Shown here: positions 27,077 through 40,542 of the stretch, piece after piece
Numbering within the stretch: position 1 is the first letter of the stretch
How the letters are laid out: each line of letters begins with the position of its first letter
Assembly (NCBI GenBank): GCA_035221665.1
Contig: CM069139.1
Location: forward strand, 57,412,001 to 57,476,000
From: Okamejei kenojei
Taxonomy: Eukaryota
Reading direction: 5' to 3'
DNA length: 64,000 nt
Program-made: the position numbers and the translations under genes
The notes under the pieces: model-generated
The model's database searches: none
What the model was told of the DNA's origin: nothing
The model's input: the letters and a program-made list of their open reading frames with translations, nothing else

Positions 27077-27254
27077 AAGCGCACACACATGCACACACAG
27101 AAAACTATTTACACACCTGCACAAAATATACAGACACACACAAAATGCACACATGCTCACACAGCACGCTCAGCAGCACAAGCTGACATGCGCAGGAAAA
27201 TACGCAGCCACATGCATGTGTTCATACTCACAACTCAGAAGCATGCAAGCGCAG

Positions 27255-27995
27255 GAAAACACAAAGTGCTGGAGCAATTCAAAGGGTCAGGCAGCATCCC
27301 TGGACGACATGGATAGGTGACGTTTCGGGTCGGGTTCTTTTGAGTCCCGACCCGAGATGGCCAATTAATTTTTTCTGCAGATGCTGGAGAATCGAGGGTA
27401 CACCTGGAGAAACTCAGCGGGTGCAGCAGCATCCGAAGGAGATAGGCGACGTTCGGGTCGAGATCCACAATGCTGCTTAATGTTCTCCAGAGATGCTGCC
27501 TGACTCTCTGAGCTACTCCAGCACTGTGTGGCCTTTATATTTGTAAACCAGCATCCGCAGTCTCTTGTATCCACATGGGAAATACAGACGGTGAAGTAAA
27601 GGGATCAAGTACTACACATCTGAAAGCCAATACCAATGTGCAGTCATCAAAATGCAGTTTGCAAAAACAACGTGCTGGAGTAACTCAGCGGAGAACATGG
27701 ATAGGTGATGTTTTGGGTTGGGATTCGTCTCCAGCTTGTTCTTCTACAACACACAAGCTCACATGGTCTCGCGCACACGCACATTCACATGCACATACAC
27801 ATACAGACGCACACGCGCACAACACCGAAGCAGACAAGCAAACATGGTCAAACGCATGGTCGCAGAGCAGCACGGGTGCTGTCTGTACAAAGTGTTTGTC
27901 TACTGAAGAAGGGTCTCGACCCGAAACGTCACCCATTCCTTCTCTCCAGAGATACTGCCTGTCCCGCTGAGTTGCTCCAGTTTTTGTGTTTATCC
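27255..27995. mobile_element. Cluster of at least five Penelope-like 3' ends in both orientations
   Basis: Repeated gctggag(t/a)aactcagcgg, ggataggtgacgtttcgggtc and agagatgctgcctgac blocks. Confidence 0.75.
27903..27933 (+). ncRNA. Minimal hammerhead ribozyme motif
   Basis: CUGAAGA A GGGUCUCGACCC GAAAC GUC ACC. Confidence 0.55.
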
Positions 27996-29759
27996 TCAGT
28001 GTTAGTGCACTGGTTGATCAGTCGTCGGCACGGACGCGCTGGGCCAAAGGGGTGTCCTTCTGTGCTGTATCTCGAAAGTCGAAAGTCTAAAGCATGCACA
28101 TGTTTACCTGCGCATGAGTGACATTTGCCGTTTCCACTCTCCCTGCCTCCAAAACTAAACCGAATATGATACACACCAGGACACTGCAGGGTGGAGAATT
28201 GCTCAACCCTACCTCGGTAGGCCATGGCTTTTAGTGTTCATGTAAATCAGTGCCTGTCACTGCATGCATGATTCACTGCTCAGAGTGAACTGTTCTGTGA
28301 CGAATGAGTCCTGCTTAATTTGGCAGTGATTATGCAGGCTGCTAGCCCCCTAAACCCCTTTGAACTTGTAATTGCTGCTGGTTTAAATAATGAACATTAA
28401 GGTTGGGGGGGGGGGGGATCTCAGAAAAGTGTGGATAATTACAGGGTTTTTTACTTTTCGCTGGCAAAGGGTGGCTGAGGTGGCTCTGACCTGTCGGTAT
28501 CAAAGTAGCCTGCGCAAGATTGCTTTGACACCAGGAAATCTCAAGAGCCCTTGAGAAAGGAGGAGCAATGGTGGCAATGAATATTCATGTCAGACCCTGC
28601 TTCCACCTCTGTTGCTGTCTTGCTTTCTATTTCTTTTGTGGTAAATTAAAGCAGCTCACAAATATGTAACGTTCAGAAAAGGAGCGCTTTAGGAGTTGCA
28701 CTCTGTGACGAGCTCAGACGTCCAGAATTATTGCACCATTGAAAAGAAAATCTGTCTAGGTTTGAGGTAACTTGTACTTACATAGTTTTGCATGGCACGT
28801 CACAACTGATGTAGAATGCACCCAAATCAAAAAACCTTTCAATGCAATAGGGCCGTGTTTAATTTCCAAGTTAATCAGTGAAGATTTATAGCAGCACAGG
28901 CAAACTAAACATTAAAACTCTCTGTGTCTGTTTTTGATTTTACTGCTTGCCTCCCCTTCATTCGACTCCCCTCCCACCCCACAGAATCCTTCTTTGTCTA
29001 TTTGCACTTTTGCTCTGGATTTTCTTTATCCTGGTGTGAGACGAATATCAAAGACCTATGCTATTTGTAGGCCTCCAGCGCATAACAACATCTCAATGGT
29101 ACATTTTTAGAACCTGCGTCAAAACATGGCACCCAATGATTAATGGCCACTACATTGAAAGCAGTAGCCCGTCAACGACGCCCTCCAGCAACGCTGCGCA
29201 AGAGGACGCAACCCTGCTCTGCTAAGGTTGGCGCTGCCAAAGCATCCAGACCCAGAGGATGACTGACACAAAGCACCACAGAAAAACACTCCGCTAAACT
29301 ACCAATCCTTGCACACGTTGCCAATTCAGGCGCACATCGCCATACCTTCTCATTATATTCCACATAATCAATAGGGTCCGTGTGATTGAGAGAGGAACAT
29401 AGTCGAAACGATCTGGGGGTTTCAGTGCCGAAAATGAAAGGTCATCGTGGTAAAGTCATTTTCTGGCTATTTCATGTGAGGGCTGGTGAATTCTTTATCT
29501 TAATCTTTTCCATTTTGATCTTGCATTGTTGGAATATTAAGTGGCAGACACTGCCAGGAAGGTGAAGATGGATTAATTAAAAAGCACATTTAGGTGCTGG
29601 GTGAAAATGTATTAATCTGAAACTACATAAATTGTACAGAAATTCTCTTAACTTTAAATTTAGAAAGCGTTCCACCTGTCACTTTTAGTTCCGTTTAAAA
29701 CACATCCTACAAGAACTACAGAGGATCCAAATAGAGGGATGGCACCAATTTTTCTGGAA

Positions 29760-30032
29760 CTTAAAACAGGCCCTTCGGCCCACCGAGTCCGCGCCGATCG
29801 GCGATCCCTGTACTACCACGTAGGATAATACACGAGCACTACCTAGGGACAATTTACAATTTTTTTTAACCCAAGCCAATTAACCTAAAAACCTATATGT
29901 CTTTGGAATATGGTGCTACCTTGGGAAAACCCACGTGATCCTGGGGAGAACGTACAAACTCCATACAGACAGTCAGGATCAATCTGGGGTCTCTGGCGCT
30001 ATACGACAGCAGCTCCAGTTCACTGGGCGGCC
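29760..30032 (-). mobile_element. V-SINE
   Basis: aaacaggcccttcggcccaccgagtccgcgccga...ggtctctggcgct. Confidence 0.8.
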
Positions 30033-30257
30033 ACAGATGACATTGCGTGCTGCGGACGCTCCTTCAGCACGTGTACCTCCTTCCCAAAAGAGTTCATTCA
30101 CATTTTATATTTGTTCTATTTCTAGTAATCTATGGAGCTATAGAGATGCAGAAGGGGTATAATTAGTGGGTGAGAGGTGTATTGTAGAATTATAATTACG
30201 TGACCTCTGTTGGTCTGGCAAAATGGACTAAGGGTGCCAGTAAAATCAGTGGTGGGC

Positions 30258-30582
30258 CTTTAGTTTAATTTAGTTTAGAGATACAATGGGCGAAAACAGG
30301 CCCGACAGTCCACCAAGTCCGAACTGACCAATGATCATCACAACACTAACACTATCCTACACACTAGGGACAATTTGCAATTTTACCAAAGCCAATTTAC
30401 CCTATAAGCCTGTACTTTTTTGGAGTGTGAGAGGAAACCAGGGCACTTGAAGAAAGCCCATGCAGGTCACGGGGAAAATGTACAAACTGTATGATCATAC
30501 AGACAGCACCCGTGGTTAGGGTCGCACCCGGGTCACTGGCAAGTTAAGGCAGCAACTTACCTCTGCACCACCGTGCCGCCCC
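30258..30582 (-). mobile_element. V-SINE, full length
   Basis: (tttag)n tail through to head ...caccgtgccgccc. Confidence 0.8.
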
Positions 30583-31639
30583 AACCTGCAGCTGTTTAGA
30601 AAATAACGTCAATGACAAGCTGACATTTTAATAATTCTGCACTCTATATTTTTAGCAACCAGTCTCTTTGAGGGACATATTCTATTGACACGGAAAGCAC
30701 AGATTAGTCTTCTCAGGTTTTACAGTAAGTACTCTATTGTAGGAAAGGGAACTGCAAGCCTTAGTTTCAAAAACCACTGAAGGAAAACCAATTCCTTGCA
30801 ATGCTCAGCAGTTCTCATGCTGTCTCCTCTTTATGTTTCATGGATAAAGTCATCAACAAGCAGAGTTTTTGACTCCTTCTAGTTCAAAAATATTTATTCT
30901 CTTTGAAGTGTAGCTAAGCTAGATTTGGGATTTACCTAGGATAGCACTTGATAAAGAAAATGATCTGTAAAGCATGAAAAAAAAGCTAGTTGTTATTAAA
31001 TGAGAAAGAAATGCTCAAGACATTGTAATAATTCCAACTGCATTATAATTCAAACCTTTGCCTTTTCTTGTAGTAGTCTCTGTACAAATGAATCATATAT
31101 TAGAAGCCAAGGTAATGCGATAGCCATTTCAAATATGTCACTTAACCTGGTATGCCAGCCTCTTCTCTGAGAATGCATATTTATACTTTTATTGTGGCAA
31201 CCAGCTGAACACTCGGAACAAGCTAAGCTGAGAAAATGCGGCAATAAAGACCGATTTTTTCCTCCTCCAGCTAAAGATATTTCACACCAATTAGAGGCAA
31301 AAAGGTGCTCACTATTGGTGTCATCAGCCTATAACTGAGCTAATTGAGAAGAAAATAATGAAAATAATGTCAAACCAGTTGCAAAATGAACTTAAGTCTA
31401 ATATTTAAAGGCACTGGAAAAAAAAAAAATTCAAATAGTTTTTGACAATAAGCTCGGAGTTTTGCTTTTTTCCCCCGACTAAGTTGACCCAATTATTTAA
31501 AAGAAAGATATTGGGGGCAGGATCAGGGCTGTGTGGACTGGAGGTGCTGGGGGGGGGGGGGGGGGGGGCACCATTTGTATTCACCAACACCATAACCTTG
31601 TCGGCACCAGAAACGTGGCGACATTTGCGTACTGCCCAG

Positions 31640-31720
31640 GTGAGGTTTGCTGTATGACTTTACTGGGTTGTATGCACAACAAAGCATTTCACTGTACCTA
31701 GGTACATGTGACAATAAAGT
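31640..31720 (+). mobile_element. Rex1/Babar-like 3' tail
   Basis: aaagcatttcactgtacctaggtacatgtgacaataaa. Confidence 0.6.
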
Positions 31721-31835
31721 ATCATCCTCCAAACTACACTGTGCTAAATAAATGATCGTTCTGGCATCACCTGAGTCCTCACGATTGCCAAGGCGTGATT
31801 TCCTGCAACTTGGATCTAAGAGGGTTTAAATGCCA

Positions 31836-32082
31836 AAGATAGACACAAAAAGCTGGAATAACTCAGCAGGCCAGGCTCTGGAGAAAAGGAATAGGTGATG
31901 TTTCAGGTCAAGACCCTTGCTCAGACTGAGACTCAGGGGAGCGGGAACCAAGAGATAAGAAAAGGTACATGGAGCAAATTAATGAAAGATATGCAAAAAG
32001 AGAGATCAAAGCCAGGAAAAATGATCAAGCTTTTTGTGTCCATCTTCAGTGTAAACCAGCATCTGCAGTTCCTTTCTATACA
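31836..32082. mobile_element. Penelope-like 3' end (minus) with inverted terminal remnant
   Basis: agacacaaaaagctggaataactcagc...gacccttgctcagact ... agctttttgtgtcc. Confidence 0.7.
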
Positions 32083-35000
32083 TTTTACATGCCTGATGAC
32101 TGCTGGCCCTATAAAATATTGTGCTGGATACCCTGGAGCAGTTCAAGTAACTTGATTCAAAACGAGTAGATTTCTAAACTCGTTGCAGAGTTCTGTTTAA
32201 TTTCTCTTTTTTTGTTGTGGTTAAGAAAGGTTAATTACTGCAATCTAGGAAGGGTTAATGGCTCCCATCTCCTAGCTTCATGACTTCATGTGAGAGAACA
32301 GGACAAAGACAACAGATGGCAGACAGTGTTTGACTTCTGTCCTTTCCATTGTTACTGAAAAGGCTGCAGAACCTTGATTGATAAAAAGCAAAGGCTCTGG
32401 TGGCCTTGGCCATAATTATCTGATAGCTCTGTGACGGATGAGCCCTGGAACATTTAGTTTTCTATAGACATGGTCTCTGACAAGTGAACTGTCCCAAGGT
32501 TGCTATGGGTGACCAAAGTGCTGACATCGAGCCCCTTCACCAAACAAGTACATGACAAATGAGGCTAGCGGCCTCAATCCATTTTGAATCTCGGGGACTA
32601 CCACCCCTCACCCACTGCCCAACAGAAAATAATCTACCCAATGGACATCAATGGGTTAAATTGAGACTACTGATTCCAAACTTAAATTTGCATATGTTTA
32701 AAAGAAAGCAGACATTCATAATAAGTCGAGGTACAGCTGCTTTTCACAATCTTGGCAGATTGCACCATCTCGTCAGCAACGCTGCTTTTATTTACTCGTT
32801 TCTCCCACCCGGCAAAGCCTGATAACTGTACAAAACAACCTAAACTTTGGCAATTATTGAAGTAAACAATAAGCTGATGTGTTCCAGCTGCAGAAGGTGC
32901 AGCAGCAGCCTCGCCAGCCGAGCTGCTGTCCACTCCAATGCAACATGGCAGGACACAAAAGAGGCCCTGCTCCACCACTGCTGCAAAAGAGCAGCCCGTC
33001 ATCAAGGGTGTGCTATAGCCTGTGTCCCCATTGCATTGGGCGGCCTAGTCTTTGTGTCAGGCAAACATCCTTTCCTTGGTTAAGGCTGCCTATAGTCATG
33101 CTGTAACATGGTTCACTGTCAGCCTAACAGCTCAAAGGCCATGTGTGTTGCATCAAACTTAATGATAATTTTCATCACCAGAGTACTGCCATGGCAACAG
33201 AAATAGAACTGTGCCTATGACGAAAATTGGCTATAACTTACGTTCACAAACTATCAATTGTTTTTTCTTCCTCTCTTTGCGAATTACATTTTACATTTTG
33301 GTGATCTTCCAACTTACCTCTCCACTCCTTCAATTTGATTCAGGCTGGGTTTGAATAAGAAACTATTTGAATTTCAACTTCCAGCTTTACACAAAGGACT
33401 AATTTCAAGGAACTCGTTGAGGCATTTCATTTGGGAGGGATTTTTCTTTTAACCTCCTGAAAAGGAAACAATTTTGTTCCAACAAAACCCCCCACTTTCC
33501 AAGGGGAAGCCCAAGCGCTTGAAATAAAAGGCACCTCAATGCGCTGTTGCAACAAAGATAAGGACACCTCTGAAATTTGATGAGAGTGTTTACAAGGGAA
33601 GGGTCTTTGTGTCTGAGCACTTCCTGCTTCCATTCTGTGATCAAATATGTTCTTTGCAAATCATGTAGGAGAGTACTTGAGTGCAAAGGCAAAGGGAACT
33701 AAGGGCTAATTGAGTGGTTTGAGGGCTTCTCAATGTATCTAATTTAAGGACCTCTCTCTCTTGCAGCCAATAAAAATCACCCTTGGCAAGATATCTCTCC
33801 TGCCGTCTTTCGAATGTAGTTTAAACCGAGTCAAAGTAATAAGAGTTCGCTGATTATACTCAATGGCAAGGTTGCTGAGCAAAATCGATAAAGGAATGTG
33901 CCAGGTTCAATTATGTTCCATTGTGATTTAATTTGCATGGTGGTGTGGGGAGGGGATGTAAATGTAAAATACCTGCATTTCCAAGTGCCCTCCGAGTGGC
34001 ATGTGTGTTAAGGATTGCTACTCTATTCACAAAATGGCGCAAAACTTAAGTTACTTGCAGTTCAGTGTTTAGAATTCAAATAAACAACACATTTGCACGT
34101 GAAATAATCGCCTCTATATTTCATTAGTGTTCACTCCCCTTCACCCATTATAAGATGCCACACTTGAAAAACGCTCGGCAGCAGCAGAAAACAAAAGTCT
34201 GTAAAAAATGAATACAAACTACTTTTTCCCCCCTCTATGCTGCATTAAACTAACTGCCTGGAATTGTTGTGGCTGGCCTTTGTTGTTTTTGTCCCTTAGA
34301 GTTGTCCAGAGGAGGTGACAATGGCTCAGAGTTGAGAACATATGTAAAAAGACCCCTGTGGCTGTTGGAAAAGTTGCTCATGCTGCTTGGTTGTTTGAAA
34401 AATAACAACCAATGTTCCTTTCTTTCGACAAAACTAATGAATGCATGAATGTTAGAATGCAGAGGCGACCCATTCAGAGTGGAAAGCCCGAGCACCTTCC
34501 CTGTAAGAGTGCATTCTGCATTGGTGAAATACATTTGCTTAACAAATTAAATTAATGAGATAATTCAATTAGTCTTTTTGATGTGAAAATACTGCTTAAG
34601 GAAAGGATTACTGTAGTGCAGGGATAGTTTGGCCTCTACAAAGAGGTGAATGTTGAAATAATGCATTAAAAATAAGAGGGGGACAATGATGTGAGTTTTG
34701 CTCTGAATTCTGCTGCGACTTGAGTTGTGCACTTGTTTGCATTTGCACGGGCCAGATGGGGAAATTCTCACATTACTCCAGTTGCACGGAAACAAAATCG
34801 TTCGTCAATAAACTGGGAAATGTCAAGGCTGAGCAGGAGCCAAGCAAAGTAAAAGTTTCTGACTTGCGTGTGGAAGGAGTGCTCTGTTCGACGCTCCTGC
34901 CAAGGCTTTTTTACACAAACAGGCAGCCATGCTCTTTAGGACAGGGAGGGAAAACCTCCCGGCAACTTCCTCTGCAATGCTCGCTCCATTCCAAATTAAA

Positions 35001-35102
35001 AACATTTTACAGGTTACTAAATCTCCAGCTGAGGTGATGTAGCAAAGAACAGCTGTGAAGTAATTTTGATAATGATGAGAATAATAAGCACATGGCAAGG
35101 TT

Positions 35103-35266
35103 NNNNNNNNNNNNNNNNNNNNNNNNNNNNNNNNNNNNNNNNNNNNNNNNNNNNNNNNNNNNNNNNNNNNNNNNNNNNNNNNNNNNNNNNNNNNNNNNNN
35201 NNNNNNNNNNNNNNNNNNNNNNNNNNNNNNNNNNNNNNNNNNNNNNNNNNNNNNNNNNNNNNNNNN
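35103..35266. other. Assembly gap
   Basis: N run. Confidence 1.
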
Positions 35267-35486
35267 CATGTTCTGTCTAATTCCTCTGTGCAAATGGGCA
35301 CAGGGCACCTGACCTCGAGAAAGGCCATAGCTGCAAGGCAGAATACCCACTGCTTCCACAGAGCAGTGACCATTCTGGTTAATCCTGACCCCTGAGCCAC
35401 AATCAATATACCTTCATTTACTAATAATGTCTTCACATCAAAGTGACAGATAAGAAGGGATCCAATATTTACCATTTATTTCACTA

Positions 35487-35510
<24 letters not shown>
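35487..35510. repeat. (TC)n microsatellite
   Basis: Direct reading. Confidence 0.9.
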
Positions 35511-35514
<4 letters not shown>

Positions 35515-35517
<3 letters not shown>

Positions 35518-35569
35518 TATTTTAAGTTTCAAAATAGTACTCAAAACTATTTTGAAACTTAAAATAAAA
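35515..35569. repeat. Perfect 24-bp inverted repeat with 7-nt spacer
   Basis: ttttattttaagtttcaaaatagt-actcaaa-actattttgaaacttaaaataaaa. Confidence 0.9.
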
Positions 35570-36094
35570 TAATGGTCTGATTTATTCTGCATCCATCATC
35601 AAAACAGGAAAGCATTTTGCTCTCGTTGAGTTGTGATTCTGCCTTAATATGTGCATTGAGAAAGGATTAAACCCAGAACCTTGCAGCTGAAAGGTTGGTA
35701 AACAGATTTCTGTGAGTTGCTTGTTCTCTCCTTTCTAAAGTTCTCCAATAAGAACAAACATTCATACAAGTTCTGAACACTTACACAGTCAACACTTCAC
35801 AAGGAAAATATCTGGAGGCCAACAAGTTGCTCCATTACCCTATTAGCCTGGTTTAGTACTGCTGATTAGAGGCAGCTCAGAGGGAAGCATTTTAATATAT
35901 ACCTGCCCCTCATGTGATGTTATGACTACCCACTGAAGTGGCAAAGTGAATGGAGAATACTGTCATTAATCCAATCTACTCAAATGCCGGATGCCACAAG
36001 AGTGCGTCCACCTCACATGATGAGAGGAAGAGTTCACACGTTGGTTATTGCTGGACAATTTCTATGCAGCAGTGTCACAGCATAATAAAAGGTA

Positions 36095-36832
36095 ACAAAA
36101 AGTTACACATGCTGGAACAGCACCTCATACAGTATTTCGCTTGGGCAGTTTACAACCCAGCAGTATGAATATGATTTATCTAATTTCAGGTAGCCCTTGC
36201 ATTCCCTCTCTTTCTGCCCCACCCCCAACGTAGTCATCCTGCTGGTTCCATTGTTTGCATTCATATACCCTTTCGTGATCACCTCTTCCACAGCCAACAA
36301 TGGACCACTGTGGCTCCACCTTTCCTTGGTTACTGATTTGTTTTGAACCTTTTCATACTTCTAGTTTCACTTTCCCCTGAGTCTCAAGAAGGGTCTCAGC
36401 CGAAATGTCACCCGTCCAAGTTCTCCAGAGATGCTGCCTGACCTGCTGAGTTACTCCAGCAGATAGGCTCAAACTGCTGGAGTAACTCAGTGGGGTCAGG
36501 CATCATCTCTGGAAATAAATAGGTGTCATTTCGGTTGAGACCCTTCTTCAGACTGAGAGTCAGGGGAACATGAAACCAGAGGTATGAAAAGGTTCAAAAC
36601 ATATCAGAGCCGGCACCAACAACCAAGGAAAGGTGGAGCCACAATGGTCTGTTGTGGATCGGCTGTGGAAGAGTTAAAGTGAATGGAGAATACTTTGCAT
36701 CTCCCATTATCATCATATTTGCCTCATCTATCTGTGTTCCCCAGAGATGCTGCCTGATCCGCTGACTTACTCCAGCACTATGTGTCCTATTGCGTATTAA
36801 CCAGCATCTGCAGCTCCTTGTTTCCACACAAC
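36095..36832. mobile_element. Penelope-like 3' fragment (+), an inverted partial copy and a further (+) end
   Basis: LEQHLIxxxLGSLxPxxMN-type C-terminus at about 36110-36190; degenerate hammerheads at about 36380-36410 (+) and 36520-36553 (-). Confidence 0.75.
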
Positions 36833-37729
36833 AAGAAGTTACCAACCTTTCAAACATTCGGGGCAATTAGTGGAGAATATGGGCGATTAAAGATTTGTAT
36901 GCAAGGCAATTAGTGGGGAAATTAACGCTTACAAAGAAATAAAATTCAACGGTGATGCACGTCTGTGTGTGAACACACACAGGGCCTGGCTTAACCGTGC
37001 TGTAAAACTAGAGCCTACTAAAGTCACCGTGAAATTAGATGCTGGATAAAAGTTTGAGAGTGAGTTCTAAAGGGATAACAATCCCAATATTTCTGGGGTA
37101 GGTGCAGGGGAGGGGGAAAATACCAGTTCTGCAGAGGTGCTGCTGAACTTAACTGCAGCTCTTTATTCTGGTTAATTTCTTCATACTCCAAGTTGACCGA
37201 TCGACAGAGTAAAGAGCTAACCAGCTGTAGGACAGTCACAGAGCGCCACAGTCAGGGAGATGCCGGGCACCCTTAGCAACCTGGAGGGAGGTGGGGTGCA
37301 AGATAAAGTCTGGGATGAATGGGAATCAGAGGGTATTATTAGCCAGGGGGTGAAGAAAGAAGCACTCAGGCTGAGAAGAAAAAATAATGTTCTGGGTTGG
37401 GAAAAAGCAATCAGGAAAGAGATTGCTGGAGATTCATGGAGGTAAGAGATGAGAAGAGAGAGACTTTTTTGGAAATGGCCAGAAATCACATTCTGCTGTG
37501 AAGAACTGGAGAGGAAGAGAGGATTAACCAAAAGAGTGAAAGGAATGCTGATTCTGGAACTGGAGAATAGATGGCCTCCATCATGGCGTGGTGCAGAGAT
37601 TGGCAATTGGGAGGGCAGAGATGTTGGGTGGTCAGGAGCTGGAGTGTTGGAGAATAGAAAATATTCCGCCCCATGCAACTGAATCCTTGACCTCATCAGT
37701 TGACCTCAATTGCTATGAATTGAGAACAA

Positions 37730-38082
37730 TATCTCCTCGTTGCTGAACATTGACACAGGGCCAACTCAGGGCTGTGTGCTCAGTCCCCTACTCTACTCTC
37801 TCGCTACCCATGACTGTGGAGCCAGATACAGCTACAAAGCAGTCTTTCAATTTGCCAATGAGACGACCAGCGTTGGAAGAATATTGAGTAATGACGAGTC
37901 AAAGTAGAGGAGGGAGATCAATAACCTGGTTGAGTGGTGCTAGAACAAGAGCAAGGCCAAGGAGCTGACTGCTGACTTCAGAAAGGGAAACCTGAGAAAA
38001 CGTCCACCCATCCTCATTGGCAGGACAGTATTGGAGAGTCAACAGTTTCAAGTTCTTGAGCTTACACACCTCTGATGATCTC
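37730..38082 (+). mobile_element. Rex1/Babar-like RT fragment (inactivated)
   Basis: TGPTQGCVLSPLLYSLxTHDC...FANETTSVG...RREIxNLVEWC...KELxxDFRK with stop codons. Confidence 0.8.
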
Positions 38083-38092
38083 ATGGGTTCAT

Positions 38093-38435
38093 TAGTTCTA
38101 GGAGCAGAATTAAGCCATTTGGCCCATCAACCAGGGTTGATCTATCTTTCCCTCTCAACCCCATTCTCCTCCCTTCGCCCCATAACCCCTGATACCCTTA
38201 CTATGCAAAAATAATTTCACTGTGCAGTTGCATATGTGACAAATAAAGCACCATTGAAACATTTAAGAATCTGTCAATCTATGCCTTAAAAATATCCATT
38301 GACTAAGCCTCCACAGCCATCTGTGGCAATGAATTCTACAGATTCACCACCTTCTGACCAAATAAGTTCCTCCTCATCTCCTTTCTAAAGGTACACCCTC
38401 TTGACCTTCCTCTGGAAACATCCTCTCTATCCAGG
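38093..38435 (-). mobile_element. CR1/HER1 3' fragment
   Basis: Homologous to 868-1210. Confidence 0.7.
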
Positions 38436-38439
38436 CATC

Positions 38440-38612
38440 AACCATGATCTGAGGGAATACAGCACTGTTGAAGAAGCTGTATTTACGATGAGAATTTAAA
38501 TCCTGGTGCTGTCTGTCCTCTTGAATGGGGTTAAGACATTTCAGGGTCACTTTGAAGAATAGAAAAATTATGTTGGTCCACTGGCCAATATTTAGCAACA
38601 ATCAATATCACC
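38440..38612 (+). mobile_element. Deu-SINE (SacSINE1/AmnSINE1-like) fragment
   Basis: ctgagggaatacagcactgttgaagaagctgtatttacgatgaga...ctggccaatatttag resembles the Deu-SINE body as recalled. Confidence 0.5.
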
Positions 38613-39421
38613 AAGGCATATGTGTAGGAAGGAACTGCAGATGCTGGTTTAAACCAAAGATGGACACAAAATTGTCCCTAGTGTGTAGGATAGAACTAAT
38701 GTACGGAGATTGCTGGTCAGCGAGGACTCGGTGGGCCGAGGGCCTGTTTCCGTGCTGTATTTCTAAAACTAAAGGGGATTGTCTTCTCTTACTCTGATTT
38801 ATCATATTTACCCCAGTCTGCCGGCAGATCCTTTCTCACTCTAGTAAATCAGCAAGTACTTACAATTATAAGCCAAAAATAATAGCAATAATCAATGAGC
38901 ATTTACAAAAAAAAGAAAAAAACATGGAATATCAGTGAAAATCTATGTCTACACCATGTTATTCGAACCATTCTTTTACATTTCTGCTCCTGTAACTTCT
39001 CATCATAAATCTTTGAGCCCTTTGTAAAATCTCTCATAAAAAGTACCGAGAGATTGTAATGGGGGTTTAAAAGGAAGAATTGCATTGAGAGAGTCCAAGA
39101 TATAAAGTTGCAGTTGCTGTTAAACAACAGTAAGTTTCTGTTTAAGTAACCATATCTATATGATTCAGATACTGAAACCATTTCATTAGCAGTTTCATGC
39201 CTTATGTTAACTGTGTAATTGTGAAATATTGCCATGGACTAAAGGTATCAGGTGAAAGCATTAACCACATGTAAGGCTTTACTTCAAATGCTAATTGCAA
39301 AAGGTAGTACAGAAGACTGACTAATGTATCAAAATCTTTTTGACCTCTTTCTCTTTTACCTTGTCCTGAAGCCATGTTTCCTTGATAGAGTTTGATGACA
39401 ACACAAGGACAGACACAAAGT

Positions 39422-40542
39422 AGTCTACTGACCGACTACTGATAGACTACTGACCGACATCCACTATAAACCCACTGACTCGCAAGGCTATCTGGAGTAC
39501 ACTTCTTCCCACCCTGCTTCCTGTAAGGACTCCATCCCCTACTCCCAATTCCTCCGTCTACGCTGCATCTGCACCCAGGATGTGGTGTTTCACACCAGGG
39601 CATCGGAGATGTCCTCATTCTTCAGAAAATGAGGGTTCCCCTCTTCTACTATAGATGAGGCTCTCACCAGGGTCTCATCTATACCCCGTGACTCTGCTCT
39701 CACTCCCCATCCCCCCACTCGTAACAAGGGCAGAGTCCCCCCGCCCTCATCTTCCACCCTTCCAGCCGTCACATACAACAAATAATCCTCCGACATTTTC
39801 GCCACCTCCAACGTGATCCCACCACTGGCCACATCTTCCCATCTCCTCCCTTGTCTGCTTTCCGCAGAGACTGCTCCCTCCGTAACTCCCTGGTCAATGT
39901 GTCCCTTCCTACCCGAACCACCCCCTCTCCAGGCACTTTCCCTTGGAACCGCAGGAAATGCTACACTTGTCGCTTTACCTCCCCCCTTGACTCCATTCAA
40001 GGACCCAATCAGTCTTTCCAGGTGTGGCAGAGGTTCACCTGCACCTCCTCCAACCTCATCTATTGCATCCACTGCTCTAGATGTCAGCTGCTCTACATCG
40101 ATGAGACCAACCGTAGGCTTGGCGATCGCTTCGCCGAACACCTCCGCTCGGTCGCAATAACCAAGCTGATCTCCCGGTGGCTCAGCACTTCAACTCCCCC
40201 TCCCATTCCGAATCCGACCTTTCTGTCCTGGGCCTCCTCCATGGCCAGAGTGAGGACCACCGGAAATTGGAGGAGCAGCACCTCATATTTCGCTTGGGCA
40301 GTTTACACCCCAGCGGTATGAACATTGACTTCTCTAATTTCAGGTAGTCCCTACTTTCTCCCCCCCTTCTCAGCTCTCCCTCAGCCCACTGGCTCCACCT
40401 CTTCCTTTATTCTTCCTGCCCCCCCCCCCCCCCCCACCTTCATATCAGTCTGAAGAAGGGTCTCGACCCGAAACGTTGCCTATTTCCTTCGCTCCATAGA
40501 TGCTGCCTCACCCGCTGAGTTTCTCCAGCATTTTTGTCTACC
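39422..40542 (+). mobile_element. 5'-truncated Penelope-like retroelement (RT thumb, Zn-knuckle linker, GIY-YIG endonuclease, 3' hammerhead motif), 14-bp TSD
   Basis: KPTDSxxYL, SIPYSQFLRL, FRRDCSLRNSLV, KCYTC, FTCTSSNLIYCIHCSRCQLLYIDETNRRLGDRFAEHLRSV; gacagacacaaagt at 39408-39421 and 40543-40556. Confidence 0.9.
40450..40480 (+). ncRNA. Minimal hammerhead ribozyme motif in the PLE 3' region
   Basis: CUGAAGA A GGGUCUCGACCC GAAAC GUU GCC. Confidence 0.55.

Noticed and set aside
39590-40141. 183-aa minus-strand ORF
   Set aside because: Antisense shadow of the Penelope coding region.
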